This document shows positions 1 through 11,773 of a stretch of 64,000 bases of DNA, one piece after another. The position numbers were made by a program, and so were the translations under genes. The notes under the pieces are model-generated. The model was not told the origin of the DNA and ran no database searches. It saw only the letters and a program-made list of their open reading frames with translations. Source of the DNA: Calditrichia bacterium (GTDB lineage: Bacteria > Calditrichota > Calditrichia > JAJRVZ01); NCBI GenBank assembly GCA_963796965.1, contig CAWCNS010000011.1, forward strand, positions 320,001 through 384,000, written 5' to 3'. Every line of letters starts with the position of its first letter. Position 1 is the first letter of the stretch.

Positions 1-1117
1 GATCAAAACCGAAATCGGAATTAAAGGTACTATAGGTTACCCAAAAATTTGAAAAAAGCCGCGGTGAGAACACATGTGTCCAGCGCACACTACCGGTCCT
101 GTTGCCCCAATCATATTGAAATCCTTCCTGATCTGTAGATTCATTGTTTAGGATTAAATCCAGAAAATCATCACCGCCATACCCGCTAATGGTCAGTTTA
201 TTGTTTTTATCAAGATCAAAGTATGCCTTTATACTTCCATCGTAGAAATAATAATCGGGGACATCATCGAGATAGGGCGCAATGGTTTTGTCAAAATAGG
301 TACGCCGGATCGAGCCTGATAAGGACCCGATATTGCCAATGGGCATTTGCAGGGTCGTTTTAAGTGATAGGACACTGATATTTGCCGTACCTTCAAATTC
401 TTCGCGATTGCCATCGAGATTAGTGATATCCAGAACAGAAGTTAGACGTCCCCCATAGTCTGCCCCAAAGCCACCTTTTGATAATTCCACATGTTTGATT
501 GCATCGGAGTTAAAGGTTGAGAAGAGACCAAACATATGCTCCGGATTATAAACATCAGTTCCATCAAGCAGATATAAGTTTTGGTCCGGTGTGCCCCCGC
601 GGATATAAAGTGCCGAGGAAAAATCTGATAGGGGTACAACGCCAGGCAAAGTCTGTAAGGTACGTAGCAGATCAGCTTCTGCTACCTGTGGGACACTTCT
701 GATCTGTTGCGGAGATAATTGGACGGTTGAGATCGATTTATCATAAAGTCGTTCAATCGTCCGCTGAGAATCTGCATTGACAACAATAACTTCTGTTTCC
801 AACATATTTTGATTAAGAAATATAGTGAGTTTAATATCTTCTCCGTTTGTAATAGTTATCTCTTTTCTAAATTGTTCATACCCCATATAATCACAAAGGA
901 CAAGATGATTGCCAACGGGAATTTCCGGTATCACATAATAACCACTCAGGTTTGTGCTACCACCTATCGTTGTATTTTGTAGATAGATATTGGCACCAAT
1001 TAAGGCTTCACCATTGGTTGCATCATAAACAAAGCCTGACAATGTGGCGATTTTATCTTCCTTTGCTGCTACTAGCGCGCACATAAAAAACAGCAAGACT
1101 ATGACTCTAATTTTCAT
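1..1117 (-). CDS. TonB-dependent receptor with N-terminal carboxypeptidase-regulatory-like domain (runs off window edge)
   Basis: Manual translation from ATG at 1117 (AGGAGA RBS): MKIRVIVLLFF...SGFVYDATNGEALIGANI...LQTLPGV...LYIRGGTPDQNLYLLDG...SKGGFGADYGGRL (plug motifs). Absent from ORF track because no stop lies in the window. Confidence 0.9.
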   Translation of the reverse strand, partial: MKIRVIVLLFFMCALVAAKEDKIATLSGFVYDATNGEALIGANIYLQNTTIGGSTNLSGYYVIPEIPVGNHLVLCDYMGYEQFRKEITITNGEDIKLTIFLNQNMLETEVIVVNADSQRTIERLYDKSISTVQLSPQQIRSVPQVAEADLLRTLQTLPGVVPLSDFSSALYIRGGTPDQNLYLLDGTDVYNPEHMFGLFSTFNSDAIKHVELSKGGFGADYGGRLTSVLDITNLDGNREEFEGTANISVLSLKTTLQMPIGNIGSLSGSIRRTYFDKTIAPYLDDVPDYYFYDGSIKAYFDLDKNNKLTISGYGGDDFLDLILNNESTDQEGFQYDWGNRTGSVRWTHVFSPRLFSNFWVTYSTFNSDFGFD

Positions 1118-1142
1118 TACTTTATCTCCTCTAAATTACGTT

Positions 1143-1817
1143 TCAATCCATTATGTTTAGGGCAACATTTCGGCTTGCTGGTGTATAGGAACCCCAAAAA
1201 AAGACCATCCCCATGCCAACCTCTACGCCACTACGGTTATGGTCAGCATCAAAGTCAACCATATGGTATTTGGCCTCAATATTGAGAGCAACGCTGGGTG
1301 AAAAGTGGATATTTAAACCGGCTGCGCCATATCCACCAGGCGAGAGATTCGTATTAACCGTTCCTTTTTCAACCCCATACTCATGCGTTACATGAATATC
1401 GGACAAGATATAGGTACCCAGGCCGCCACCCACATAAGGCTTTATTATACTTTGTGATGTTACCGGTAAAAGATCAACACGTACTCCGGCTAATAAGGGT
1501 ACCGCTGCAAAGACCTCAACATCCTCTTCCATATGCCATTTATGGTCCGCCATAAAACGCGCCAGGCCACCTACTGAAAATTCTACTGATAGGCGGTCTG
1601 AAAATCTGGAAAAAACAAAAAAGATAGCACCAGCACCTCCGCTCGATTCAGCATTAATTCGGGTATAGCCAACACGCTCGAAACTGGCTGAATGCGGCCC
1701 GCCATCATAATAGGAGAATCGAAATCCGATGCCCGTAGACTTAATTTCATTTTGTCCATAAAGGTGTATAGATAAGACCATGACAAGTATAAGTGTTAGG
1801 TTTATAATTGTTTTCAT
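1143..1817 (-). CDS. Outer-membrane beta-barrel protein (OmpW/OMP_b-brl-like)
   Basis: Signal peptide MKTIINLTLILV, KPYVGGGLG motif, alternating beta strands; start moved to ATG 1817 after a GGAGG RBS. Confidence 0.75.
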   Translation of the reverse strand: MKTIINLTLILVMVLSIHLYGQNEIKSTGIGFRFSYYDGGPHSASFERVGYTRINAESSGGAGAIFFVFSRFSDRLSVEFSVGGLARFMADHKWHMEEDVEVFAAVPLLAGVRVDLLPVTSQSIIKPYVGGGLGTYILSDIHVTHEYGVEKGTVNTNLSPGGYGAAGLNIHFSPSVALNIEAKYHMVDFDADHNRSGVEVGMGMVFFWGSYTPASRNVALNIMD

Positions 1818-1865
1818 TGTTCCCTCCGATTGGTTAAAAATTATATGTTTGTTGTGAGAGATAAG

Positions 1866-1880
1866 GCAAGATGGATGCCA
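1866..1880 (-). promoter_or_regulatory. sigma54 (-24/-12) promoter
   Basis: Minus strand TGGCATCCATCTTGC fits TGGCA-N6-TTGC with exact GG/GC spacing, ~50 bp upstream of the beta-barrel gene; sigma54 activator gene nearby. Confidence 0.8.
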
Positions 1881-1977
1881 AAGATTCAACGAGAATAACA
1901 CATAGCCTAAGGCATTGTTTTAAAAGGCTTTATGAATACCTATGCATATGAGGAATTATGGGGAAATGAGGAGAAGT

Positions 1978-1999
1978 GCGGAAATTTTCCGCGGAAAAT
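1978..1999. promoter_or_regulatory. Candidate upstream activator site (overlapping palindromes)
   Basis: GCGGAAA-T-TTTCCGC overlaps TTTTCCGCGGAAAA, ~100-120 bp upstream of the sigma54 site. Confidence 0.5.
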
Positions 2000-2139
2000 C
2001 AGGCTTTAACAGAAATGTCCAATGATCAAAACCAAAATGACAAATCAAACTCCAATGACTCAAATCCAAACACTATATTCCAATTTATGGCATTTGAATT
2101 TGGACATTTGTCACTATATAAATATGTTCAATTATTCTT

Positions 2140-2502
2140 TTATTTTTTATGATTTATAATGGATGAAAATATCAAAGTTAACTCGTGTGCTTCTTTCCAC
2201 AAAAATCGAGTCTCAATCAAAAATGTTGGATTTGCCTTGGCAATCATTCGTAGCCAATGCCTTGTCTCTTTACTTTCTTTTCTGCACAGACTAATTCGAT
2301 ATATAAAATCCTTCTTAGTATTAGCGGCATCAGCCTCCATGTAATTTGCTCCAACACTCGTCCCGGATCTTACAACTTGACTAATGAGTGAATTATTTAC
2401 TGGATTCCGCTGCAGAGATTTTACAAACTCAATTATTTTTTCACCAAAGACAGCAGTACGCTCCTCCAAATCATATTTCAAATTATCTCCTGATTCTGAC
2501 AT
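2140..2502 (-). CDS. Four helix bundle protein (23S rRNA IVP/S23-like family)
   Basis: DLEERTAVF...QVVRSGTSVGANYMEA...F.YRISLCRKESKETRHWL signature; flanked by short-period inverted repeats. Confidence 0.85.
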   Translation of the reverse strand: MSESGDNLKYDLEERTAVFGEKIIEFVKSLQRNPVNNSLISQVVRSGTSVGANYMEADAANTKKDFIYRISLCRKESKETRHWLRMIAKANPTFLIETRFLWKEAHELTLIFSSIINHKK

Positions 2503-2526
2503 TGGAACTTGGACATTCAATTGGCA

Positions 2527-3016
2527 TTGGGATTTGGACATTTGACATTAAATTAACATGCAATAATCTTGCCAAATACTTGTAATTAATTAAAGCAACG
2601 ATAAAATGTCCAATATCAAAATCCGAATGACAAATCAAATCCCAATGCCTCAATATCAACTATCTATTCTCATCTTGTGACTTTGGAATTGGGATTTGGA
2701 CATTTGACATTAAATTGACATGCAATAATCTTGCCAAATACTTGTAATTAATTAAAGCAACGATAAAATGTCCAATATCAAAATCCGAATGACAAATCAA
2801 ATCCCAATGCCTCAATATCAACTATCTATTCTCATCTTGTGACTTTGGAATTGGGATTTGGACATTTGACATTAAATTAACACGCAATAATCTTGCCAAA
2901 TACTTGTAATTAATTAAAGCAACGATAAAATGTCCAATATCAAAATCCGAATGACAAATCAAACCCCAATGCCTCAATATCAACTATCTATTCTCATCTT
3001 GTGACTTTGGAATTGG
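2527..3016. repeat. Three near-identical tandem copies of a 162-bp unit
   Basis: Unit starting ttgggatttggacatttgacattaaat recurs at 2527, 2689 and 2851. Confidence 0.95.
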
Positions 3017-3147
3017 ACATTCAATTGACATTGGGATTTGGATATTTGAAATTAAAACACGACGGCGAACACACACCGTATAACAGAATCTTCGACTAGT
3101 TCGCCCCTACGAGATATGTCTGCCAATACTACAAAAGAAGAAAAATC

Positions 3148-5709
3148 TTATATTTGCTCGAGCAATAGCGGCAAATTAGCAAGAATCTGATCAAGAAACG
3201 GGTCAAATTTTTTAGGTAATCCACGATAGGGCGGCGCCTGCTCATTAGCGGGAATATCTGCCTGCGCAGGAAGTCCGCTGTAGTTTTTAAGATTGGTTAA
3301 ATAATCTTTTATTTTCTGTTGGATATTTTCTAAAAGAATCTCATCGGCTGAACCAGCAATTGTATTTATCGCTTCTGCAATATTTAACTCAGATTCAACG
3401 ATCTGCCGGAAACAAATCCCTTTAACATATTCTGTTATGGTTCCTCGGTCACGATTACCGAGAAGATTTGCCGTCTGGGTTACCGCTGAACGTGAGAATT
3501 TAAATGTGCGCATCAAATCAAGAATCTGGTCTTCCAAAGGTTTATGCACCATTTGTAACCGATCGGTCTCCTGCGCCTTTTTAATATCCTCGGGTAAATC
3601 ATCCTCCTGAATCATGCTTCGTCCTTCACTCTGAGCAAGAATGGCCGCTCTTCGGATACAGTTTTCCAACTCTCTAACGTTTCCTGGCCAGGAATAGACA
3701 TTTAATACCTTTATTGCCTGACTTGAAAATCCGGAAATATCTTTATAACCATGCTTTTTTATAAAATGATCTGCCAAAAGACCAATATCTTCTATTCGTT
3801 CTCGGAGTGGCGGTACGTTAATAGGAAATCCATTAAGTCTGTAAAACAGATCTGATCGAAATTCTTCTTTATCAATTAAATGCTGGATATTTTTATTTGT
3901 TGCTGCAATAATCCGAACATCTGAGTGTATTTCTTTTTGCCCACCAACACGCTCAAATTTCGATTCCTGCAGGATCCGCAGCAGACGGGATTGAAAGGCC
4001 GGGCTGGTTTCGGTCACCTCATCGAGAAAGACGGTTCCCCCCTCAGCCAACTCAAACCGTCCTTTTCTTAAGGAGGTTGCCCCGGTAAAACTGCCGCGCT
4101 CATGACCAAACAACTCACTCTCCAGAAGGGTCTCGGGCAAGGCGCCACAATTAACCGCCACAAAGGGTGCCGAATTTCGTTTACTGCGCTTATGAATAAT
4201 TTGTGCAATCACCTCTTTTCCTGTTCCGGTTTCTCCGGTAATCAAAACGGGAATATCATCCGTGCTAACTTTTGCCACCAATTCCATCACCTCTTTCATG
4301 ATGCTTGTTTTCGCATAGATCATTCCCTCATCATCAACCTGCTCAGGTCTTTTTATAGGATTGCGGTAGGTTTGCAGATCAGCAAGCTCCTTCTCCAGAT
4401 CGGCAATGGATTGTTTTTGCTGTTCAATCTCCTCCTTGTTTTTCTCTGATAATTCTTTCTCCTGGAATAATTTGCTATGAAGTTCTTTCAACTCATCACG
4501 TGTTGACTCTAGTTGATTTTCTTTTTCATTCAGTTGCCGGTCCAATTCTGAGGTAAACAGGCCACTTTCCAAAAGATTTTCCTTCGCTGCAGCCACTTTT
4601 GCCATGATCCCGGCAATAATCATGGTTACCAGTGGATAGATGAGTGGAAAAAGAAGGTTAAACAGGAGCGCTGCCCCCAGGGCACAAATAGCATACCCAA
4701 TACATATCAGGTAGTTGATGTTAATTGGCATTCCGGCAAGATTAATCCGCCACCTAATAAAACAAAATAATCCTAAAACAAAGATAATAATCAATCCCAA
4801 GAGGGGATGAAGTACATTCAGCCAATTATGTTTTATTAGATTATTCAGAGCGGCGATGTGTATGAACGAAGCGGGTACCTGGTCCTTGAGCGGGGTACTT
4901 TTAATCTGAGCCACACCGGTTACTGAATTAATAATGACCACTATTTTGTCTTCAAAATCTAACTTTTCCGGCTCATTCCGGAAGATTTGTAAAAAGTTCA
5001 CAAAACTATATCGCTGTTCGATATCTTCAAAATCAGGATAGTTTATATAGAGGGAACCGGTATGGTTGATAACATCCTCATTTATGGCCTTAAGGTTATT
5101 TGCATCAGCATCATTGCCGGAACGGGCAGGTTCATTAAATATCCTGGCCAATGCTGTAGCAAAAGAATACTGTGTTCCTTCAGATGAATTTACCGATAAA
5201 GGAAGTTGATAAATAACCGCATCCGACCCGAGGTTACTAAATCCATTTGCGGCCGCAGATTTGCTTATAATCGATATGGAATTATGGGGATCTATTCCAA
5301 CTATTTCAGAGTTCTCGTTTTTCAGTTCAGAGAAAAACATGGGCAATACGACGTTTCCAGATGAAGTGAGAAAATCAGCCATGGTAGAATCATAACGAGG
5401 ATAGCGTTTATCAGGACCGGAGAAAAATATATCCAGACCGATGGCTTTTGCACCACTTAGATTTGCTGCATAAATGGCATAGCTATAATAATCCCGTGAA
5501 ATGGGCCAGCCATCTAATAAGCGGACATCCTCATCACCAATCGTGATAATAACAATGTCATCAGAAAGAGGCGCAGCAGGTAAAATCCATTGATACAATG
5601 ATATCTCTGCTTTCAAAATTACTTCATTGAACGACCCCGGCAATAAATATAATATTGCCAGACTAAGGGGAATCAAGACAAGGAATGAAAGTTTTGATGG
5701 TTTTCTCAA
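3148..5709 (-). CDS. CHASE2-domain membrane sigma54-dependent transcriptional activator
   Basis: TM + CHASE2 (DIVIITIGD, GWPISR, AIGLDIFF, IHIAALNNL) + 3 TM + coiled coil + AAA+ (GETGTGKE, ESELFGHERGSFTGA, FRSDLFYRLN, WPGNVRELEN) + HTH-like tail. Confidence 0.9.
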   Translation of the reverse strand: MRKPSKLSFLVLIPLSLAILYLLPGSFNEVILKAEISLYQWILPAAPLSDDIVIITIGDEDVRLLDGWPISRDYYSYAIYAANLSGAKAIGLDIFFSGPDKRYPRYDSTMADFLTSSGNVVLPMFFSELKNENSEIVGIDPHNSISIISKSAAANGFSNLGSDAVIYQLPLSVNSSEGTQYSFATALARIFNEPARSGNDADANNLKAINEDVINHTGSLYINYPDFEDIEQRYSFVNFLQIFRNEPEKLDFEDKIVVIINSVTGVAQIKSTPLKDQVPASFIHIAALNNLIKHNWLNVLHPLLGLIIIFVLGLFCFIRWRINLAGMPININYLICIGYAICALGAALLFNLLFPLIYPLVTMIIAGIMAKVAAAKENLLESGLFTSELDRQLNEKENQLESTRDELKELHSKLFQEKELSEKNKEEIEQQKQSIADLEKELADLQTYRNPIKRPEQVDDEGMIYAKTSIMKEVMELVAKVSTDDIPVLITGETGTGKEVIAQIIHKRSKRNSAPFVAVNCGALPETLLESELFGHERGSFTGATSLRKGRFELAEGGTVFLDEVTETSPAFQSRLLRILQESKFERVGGQKEIHSDVRIIAATNKNIQHLIDKEEFRSDLFYRLNGFPINVPPLRERIEDIGLLADHFIKKHGYKDISGFSSQAIKVLNVYSWPGNVRELENCIRRAAILAQSEGRSMIQEDDLPEDIKKAQETDRLQMVHKPLEDQILDLMRTFKFSRSAVTQTANLLGNRDRGTITEYVKGICFRQIVESELNIAEAINTIAGSADEILLENIQQKIKDYLTNLKNYSGLPAQADIPANEQAPPYRGLPKKFDPFLDQILANLPLLLEQI

Positions 5710-5852
5710 CCTGTACCCGGATTTTTATCCACGAATTATTAACGATTATATTAAATGTATAAACAAAATATAAAAATAATCTAATAAAAATATTGATATG
5801 GGGTAGAAAAATAAATAAAAAATGCATTTAAGGAAATTGGTAATTGTTACGA

Positions 5853-6020
5853 TAGCACGCGGATGACACGGATAACGCTGATCTCCACGGATTGAAAGAA
5901 TTTTTTATACTTTTTAAATAATCACTTATCTGAAATCCTGAGGTAAAACAGCAAGATCAAAATAATATAATATTAAAAATATCCGTGAGAATCCGTGTTA
6001 TCTGTGTCATCCGTGTTCTA
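5853..6020. repeat. MITE-like palindromic element, family A copy 1
   Basis: TAGCACGCGGATGACACGGAT...ATCTGTGTCATCCGTGTTCTA terminal inverted repeats; related copies at 10034 and 11591. Confidence 0.8.
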
Positions 6021-6027
6021 TTACCTC

Positions 6028-9000
6028 CTATTCATTGCGTAGAGCAGGCAATAAATCGCCCCGAGTGGCAAATTTAACAGCAATGTAAGTCCACAGGATT
6101 CCACTCCCGACAATTGTCAGGAATAATAAAAGAATGGTCAAATACGGCACTGCTGTACCTGGTCTTAACAAAGCAGGAAGGACAGGCTATAAGTGAGGCA
6201 AATAAGCCACAGAACGAGCCAATAAACAAAAGATAGATATGCTCAGAAAGAATTAATTTCTGAATTTTGCCGGATCCAAATCCGACTGCCTTTAGCAAGG
6301 CAAGCTCACCACGTCTTTCCAGAACATTTCGCGCCACGACAACACCCAAACCTATGGTTCCAAGAATAAGACCCAGACCTCCCAAAATTAAAAAAATTGA
6401 AAGATAGGTATTTTCCACCTGGTTAAAAGCATCCAGTCGTGATGAAGTTGAGGCGATGCTTATACCTAAATCCTGCAACCCCCAGGACAATCTTTGAGAA
6501 AGAGAATCTGCCGACTCCTGAGGTACATCAATAAGAAACATGCGGTGTCCGCTTATGGAGGGATATTTCTCCATCAGATTTTTTTCAGAGATAAGAACAT
6601 TGCCTTGGAAAATGGAGTTTGCCAGGCCCGCCATCAACTTGACATAAAATTTCTTGCCTTTTTCATCATGATAGGTAATGGTGTCACCAACGGATTTCCC
6701 TAAACCCCATATTATTACAGTCTCATCAGCTATACCGGGTATAATATCACCCCCTATATCTGCATGAAGAACCTGCCAAGGATTCTCAACCTCCACACCG
6801 TCTGAAAGCGAAGCGAAGGTAAATGCCCCTCTTCGATTGAGTTCATCTGGATCAAAACCTATAAGTTGAGGCGCTGAAACCCGATTCAGATTTAAACAAC
6901 TGGCATCATCACCTTCTTTTACCCGGAAGGAGAGAAATTCGACAGACGCCCTTGATAGGTCCCCCAAACCATAAAAGTCATTCTCGGTATTTAAATCATA
7001 TAATACTGGCATTTCTGTCTGCCCAATCAAGGCAAAGCCTCCTGTCCCGGCAGACCTTTGATATGGATCCTGAATCTTGCCATGCCGGTTCGCACCTACC
7101 GTGAAGATGATAAATAATCCACTGGCAAGGAGACCGACAATCAAGAGACTACGCCCCTTTTGGCGGGTCATATTCTCCCGGCTAATCTTTAATAGGGAAA
7201 TCTTTGTTGCAATTGATTTTTTTTGTATCCAATCGAAGAAATAGGATGTAAAGGCAAGACCTGACATAAGAACCAAAAAACCTGATCCAAAAAAGGCACC
7301 TGCCGCATCCTTTCCCTGACCGGGGCCAGTGTAAATAATTAAAAACAGGGCTGAGATTAATGTCCCCAGGGCAAAAAGTAAATTATATCTGGATAGCCAT
7401 TTTTTTTGTGTGGCAGATCCCACTTTGCTCAGACCGGCCTGCAAACTGCTCACCGATCTTTTTGACCGGTTCCTGATCATTATTATCATAGTTAGAAAAG
7501 CTACCAGGATCCCTGCGACAGCGCCTGTAATAATAGTGCCTGATTCAATATGCGTTGTAAGGGCTGAGGTTCCAACAGCACCTTTCCAAACAGATCTAAG
7601 CGCCATGATAATGATTTGGTTATAGGTGATCCCAAGGAACGATCCTATCACCCCCCCAAAAATGGCAAGAAGACCATATTCATAAAGAAGAATACGACGC
7701 ACCTGTTTCTGCATAAATCCAAGTGCAAAATATAAACCGATCTCTCTTGTTCGCTGTTCGATTGTGAGGATAAACAGTAAGGAAGTCAATAATAATGCCG
7801 CGATCATCACAAAGAAACTCAGCCCGAGGAACAATTCAGCAAAATCTACTGATTCCTGACTCGCTCTTATTCCTTCTTGTTTAAGGGATAGAAAAACAAA
7901 ACCATAGTTCTTCGGATTAAGAGCATTTCTTAATTCTCCTTTAAGATTTGAGATATCATCACGTGTAAATCTAATTGCTGTCAGATCCCCAAAACGGTTT
8001 TGCCACAAATTTTGAGCTGCCCTTATAGTGATAAAGGCTTTTGGTATTCCCCGATAAACATCCCAGTAAGCCTCATCTTTTTTCCGGATTTTATCCAGAT
8101 CCACCGGAATACCAGGATCCCAATCCCGGCAATTTTCCTCTCCTGCCAATCCTGGAAAGTCGGGCATTAAATTCTGATCTGCATAAATACCTGAGATGGG
8201 TACAATAGTTCTTACCTTAAAGAGTGACTCCTTTTCGGTGAGACTTCGATTGGAGCCGATGATATAGTACTTTAATTTAATCCGATCACCCTTTTTGATA
8301 CCCAAATCGGCGGCCAGCCAGGAATTCACAATTATTTCATCATCTTTCATTTCTTTAGGGACCAAGGGACTTCCAGGCGCAGAAACAAATGAATAGGGGG
8401 TATTTTTCTTATCGTTACTAATTTCATTTACAAAATAGGTAAAAACAGGTACTATCTGGTTGTCAATTTTATGGATTTTATCTGAGATGTCAGATTGGAT
8501 AAATATGCGTTCACTTTTCATTTCGATGAGAGAAGGATCATCCAATAATTCAAGGTGCAGTCCAATATCCTCAAGCGTCCACACCTTTTCCAGGGCCAGT
8601 TCTAATTCTTCCTGTTGTATCGTCTTTTCTTGCCTGGCTGCAATGAGCAAAATATTAGCCCGGTCATTAATTTCCATCAAACTATTAAGATAAGAGAGTG
8701 ATACAAAGACAGTATTGGGCACAATCTGGTGTGATTTTAAATTAAAATGGCCAAAATCTGATTTTGAGGCAATTGCTTTAATTTGAACACGGGTGGCAAT
8801 GGATAGATCTGAATCGCGGGAAAAAGGTGCATCTGTAGAAAGATATTCGATTTTCAAGAGACGTAACAGAAATGAATCTCCTGCCTTAAGACCCAGTTTC
8901 GAGGCAAGTTGTTCATTTATTATCACCTCATTTTCCTGAAGGTGATAAAGTGAAGGCGGTGTATTTCCAATATCTTCAAAGCGTTCATCTACACCGACGA

Positions 9001-9322
9001 TCTGAACCGGTCTGGCGTTCCGGGACTTCCCGGGTGTAATGGCCATCCCCCGTGTTCTCAGGATGGGAGCAACCGTGGTTTTCAGGTTTTGTTCCAGATC
9101 ATCAGCTAATTGATTTCTAAAATATTGGTCCCCCAGATCCAGCGCAAATTCAGTTTTACCCAACCGCTCTGAGACCAAGCCTAGCAGACTATAACGAACG
9201 GAATCTCCCACTATGAGGGCACCTACAAGGATTGCAGTTGCAAGAGTGATTCCCAGCAAGGTACCGATGTTGGTACGTCGGTAAAATACCAGGTTATTTA
9301 AGATCAATTTACGCAGCGCCAT
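6028..9322 (-). CDS. Large FtsX/MacB-like ABC transporter permease (frameshift near C-terminus)
   Basis: Two permease halves (EQRTREIGLYFALGF; ERRGELALLKAVGF). The expected terminus ATRGDLLPALRNE* ends at 6028 in another frame. Confidence 0.85.
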
Positions 9323-9327
9323 AATAT

Positions 9328-10012
9328 CTATAATTCCAATCTGCCTTCCACTAAATTATATGTTTTATCCATATGTTCCGCCAATTTTGAGGAATGTGTT
9401 ACAACGACGAGTGTCACATTTTCCTCCTTGTTCAGCGAGACCAGCAACTCCCCTAAATTATCCGCCGCTGTTTGATCAAGAGATCCTGTCGGTTCATCGG
9501 CAAGGATGAGTTGTGGTTTGTTGATCAGTGCTCTCACGACAGCCACACGCTGTTGCTCCCCACCTGATAATTGATCAGGGCGATGGTCACATGATCCACC
9601 CAATCCAACCTTTTTCCAGTAGGTTGTTGGCCCTTAGCTTCGCTGAGCTCCAAGGGAGCATTTGATTTAAAAGCAAGTGTCGGAATAAGTACATTTTCCA
9701 GTACTGTGCATTGAGGTAAAAGATGGTGCAGTTGAAAGACAAATCCGATTTTTTTATTTCGAAAGGCGGCTAACTCTGTTTCATTGAGGTCGGCCAATTT
9801 CTGGCCATCGCATACTACTTCACCGAATCAGAGGGCTGGTCAAGACTTCCGATGATATTTAACAACGTGCTTTTTCCTGATCCTGATGGCCCAATAATGG
9901 CAATAGATTCGCCCTGGGTAACCTTCAAGGAGAGATCATCAAGCACAACCCGTGACTCTGACCCTGATGGTGATTCATATGATTTTGAGATGTTTTTAAG
10001 TTCTAACAGCAC
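9328..10012 (-). CDS. ABC transporter ATP-binding protein (LolD-like), split by frameshifts
   Basis: Three ORF pieces give Walker A GPSGSGKS, GFVFQLHHLL, LSGGEQQRVAV, ILADEPTG, VVVTH. Confidence 0.9.
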
Positions 10013-10033
10013 GATTTACTCCTATATATATAA

Positions 10034-10191
10034 TAGCACGCGGATGACACGGATTTTCACGGATTTTTTAATTATTATATTTTTTTGATCTTGCTGTTTT
10101 ACCTCATGATTTAAGAAGAGTGATAATTTAAAAAATATAAAAATTCTTTTAATCCTTGGAGATCCGCGTTATCCGTATCATCCGTGGGCTA
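10034..10191. repeat. MITE-like palindromic element, family A copy 2 (internally inverted)
   Basis: Same terminal repeats as 5853-6020; terminal CTA is the stop codon of the upstream minus-strand gene. Confidence 0.8.
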
Positions 10192-11551
10192 TTTTTCTGA
10201 TACAGCAATCAGATATTTTTGAGTTCGAAAATAAATCTTATCACCGGAGATAGCCGGGGTGGCCATACAAATATCCTGCATATCATTAACCGCCAATAAT
10301 TTAAATTCCATTCCTGCTTGAACAACATGGATTTTTCCTTCTTCGCCAGAAAAATAAATCCTTCCATCAGCAGCAACAGGAGAAGCACTAAAGGCACTTC
10401 CCTTCAATCTATCTTTATAGATTTCTTCTCCGGTTTTTGAATTAAAACAACGCAAAGAGCCATTCATCCGACAATTATATAGATAATCTCCATAAACGAG
10501 GGACGTCAACATATAAGATCCGCCTCTATTGATGCTCCAGGCAATATATTCGTTTGATCTTTGATCATCCCTTAGGGAAATATCTCCTTTGGCACTTGTC
10601 TTAATAGCATAGATAGGCGACATCTTTCCATGGGCATTATTTATAAAGATAAGATTGTGAGCAAGAACCGGGGTTGGCACAGGAATATCACCGCCTCCTT
10701 GCATTCGCCAAATTTCTTTACCCGTCTCAAAGTCATAACCGCCAATATGTTTATATCCATTCACGGCTATGTGGGTAATGTTATCAAAAAAATATATCGT
10801 TGGGGTGCTCCAGGTGGGGACTTCCTCTCTTGCTGTCCGCCAGATTTCTTTTCCTGATTTCGCCTCGAAACTTGCGATAAATGAATTTTTCTGAACATCA
10901 CATTGAACAATAACCCTGTCTTTATGGATTATTGGTGAGCTGGCAAAACCCCACTGTGCCTCCGGCGCGACAAAAAAACCGGAATCGAGGATCCCTAAGT
11001 CTTTTTTCCAAAGTAATTTTCCATTTATATCATAGCAGTAGAGACCTTCGGATCCAAAAAAGGCAACCACATGAACACCATCGGTGGCAATACTCGAATT
11101 AGCATGGGTGGATTTTGGATGTCGTTTCACTTTGGGAATTCCGGTACAGGATGTTTGTTCCCAAATCAGACTCCCCTGTATTTTTATTATAACACAATAC
11201 TTTCCAGGTATGCACGGTTTCATCTTCAACCGGATCGATACTGCCATATAGACCCACTTTTAATTCTGGATCATCAAGACCACTTATGGCTGTGGTTAGA
11301 AATAGCCGATCCCCCCAGATTACAGGGCTGGAAAATCCTAAACCAGGAACCTCGGTTTTCCACGTGATGTTTTCTGACTTTTCAAGATTCCAGGAAGTTG
11401 GAGGAGAAGCATTTTCTGCGATACCCGAAGCAAAATCACCGCGAAAACCAGGCCAATTTTCATCACCAGAAAGATGCATATTCTGAGCAAGTAATGCTAA
11501 AGTGAGAAAGGAAAATAAAAAGATGATATTAAGGATGATATGATTATTCAT
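10189..11551 (-). CDS. PQQ-like (BamB-type) beta-propeller protein, frameshifted near 11150-11180
   Basis: Signal peptide, NWPGFRG, GFSSPVIWG in the 11099-11551 ORF continue into WGFASSP, WSTP, MATPAISG in the 10189-11247 ORF. Confidence 0.85.
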
Positions 11552-11590
11552 TGGTCTTCCTTTCTTGTTAATTGAGAGGACAAGATTTTA

Positions 11591-11773
11591 TAGCACACGG
11601 AAATAGCACACGGATAACATGGATGACACAGATCTCCACGGATTAAAAGAATTTATATATATATTTTTTAAATAATCATATATCTGAAGATCTGAGGCAA
11701 AACAGCACGATTAAAAAAATAGTTTATAAAAAAATCCGTGAAGATCTGTGTCATCCGTGTCATCCGCGTGCTA
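11591..11773. repeat. MITE-like palindromic element, family A copy 3
   Basis: TAGCACACGGA...TCATCCGCGTGCTA; terminal CTA is the GT4 stop codon. Confidence 0.8.

Noticed and set aside
2140..2502. DGR accessory (Avd) gene
   Set aside because: The fold is related, but there is no reverse transcriptase or adenine-variable TR/VR pair in the window.
2527..3016. CRISPR array
   Set aside because: Whole 162-bp units repeat with no unique spacers, and no cas genes are present.
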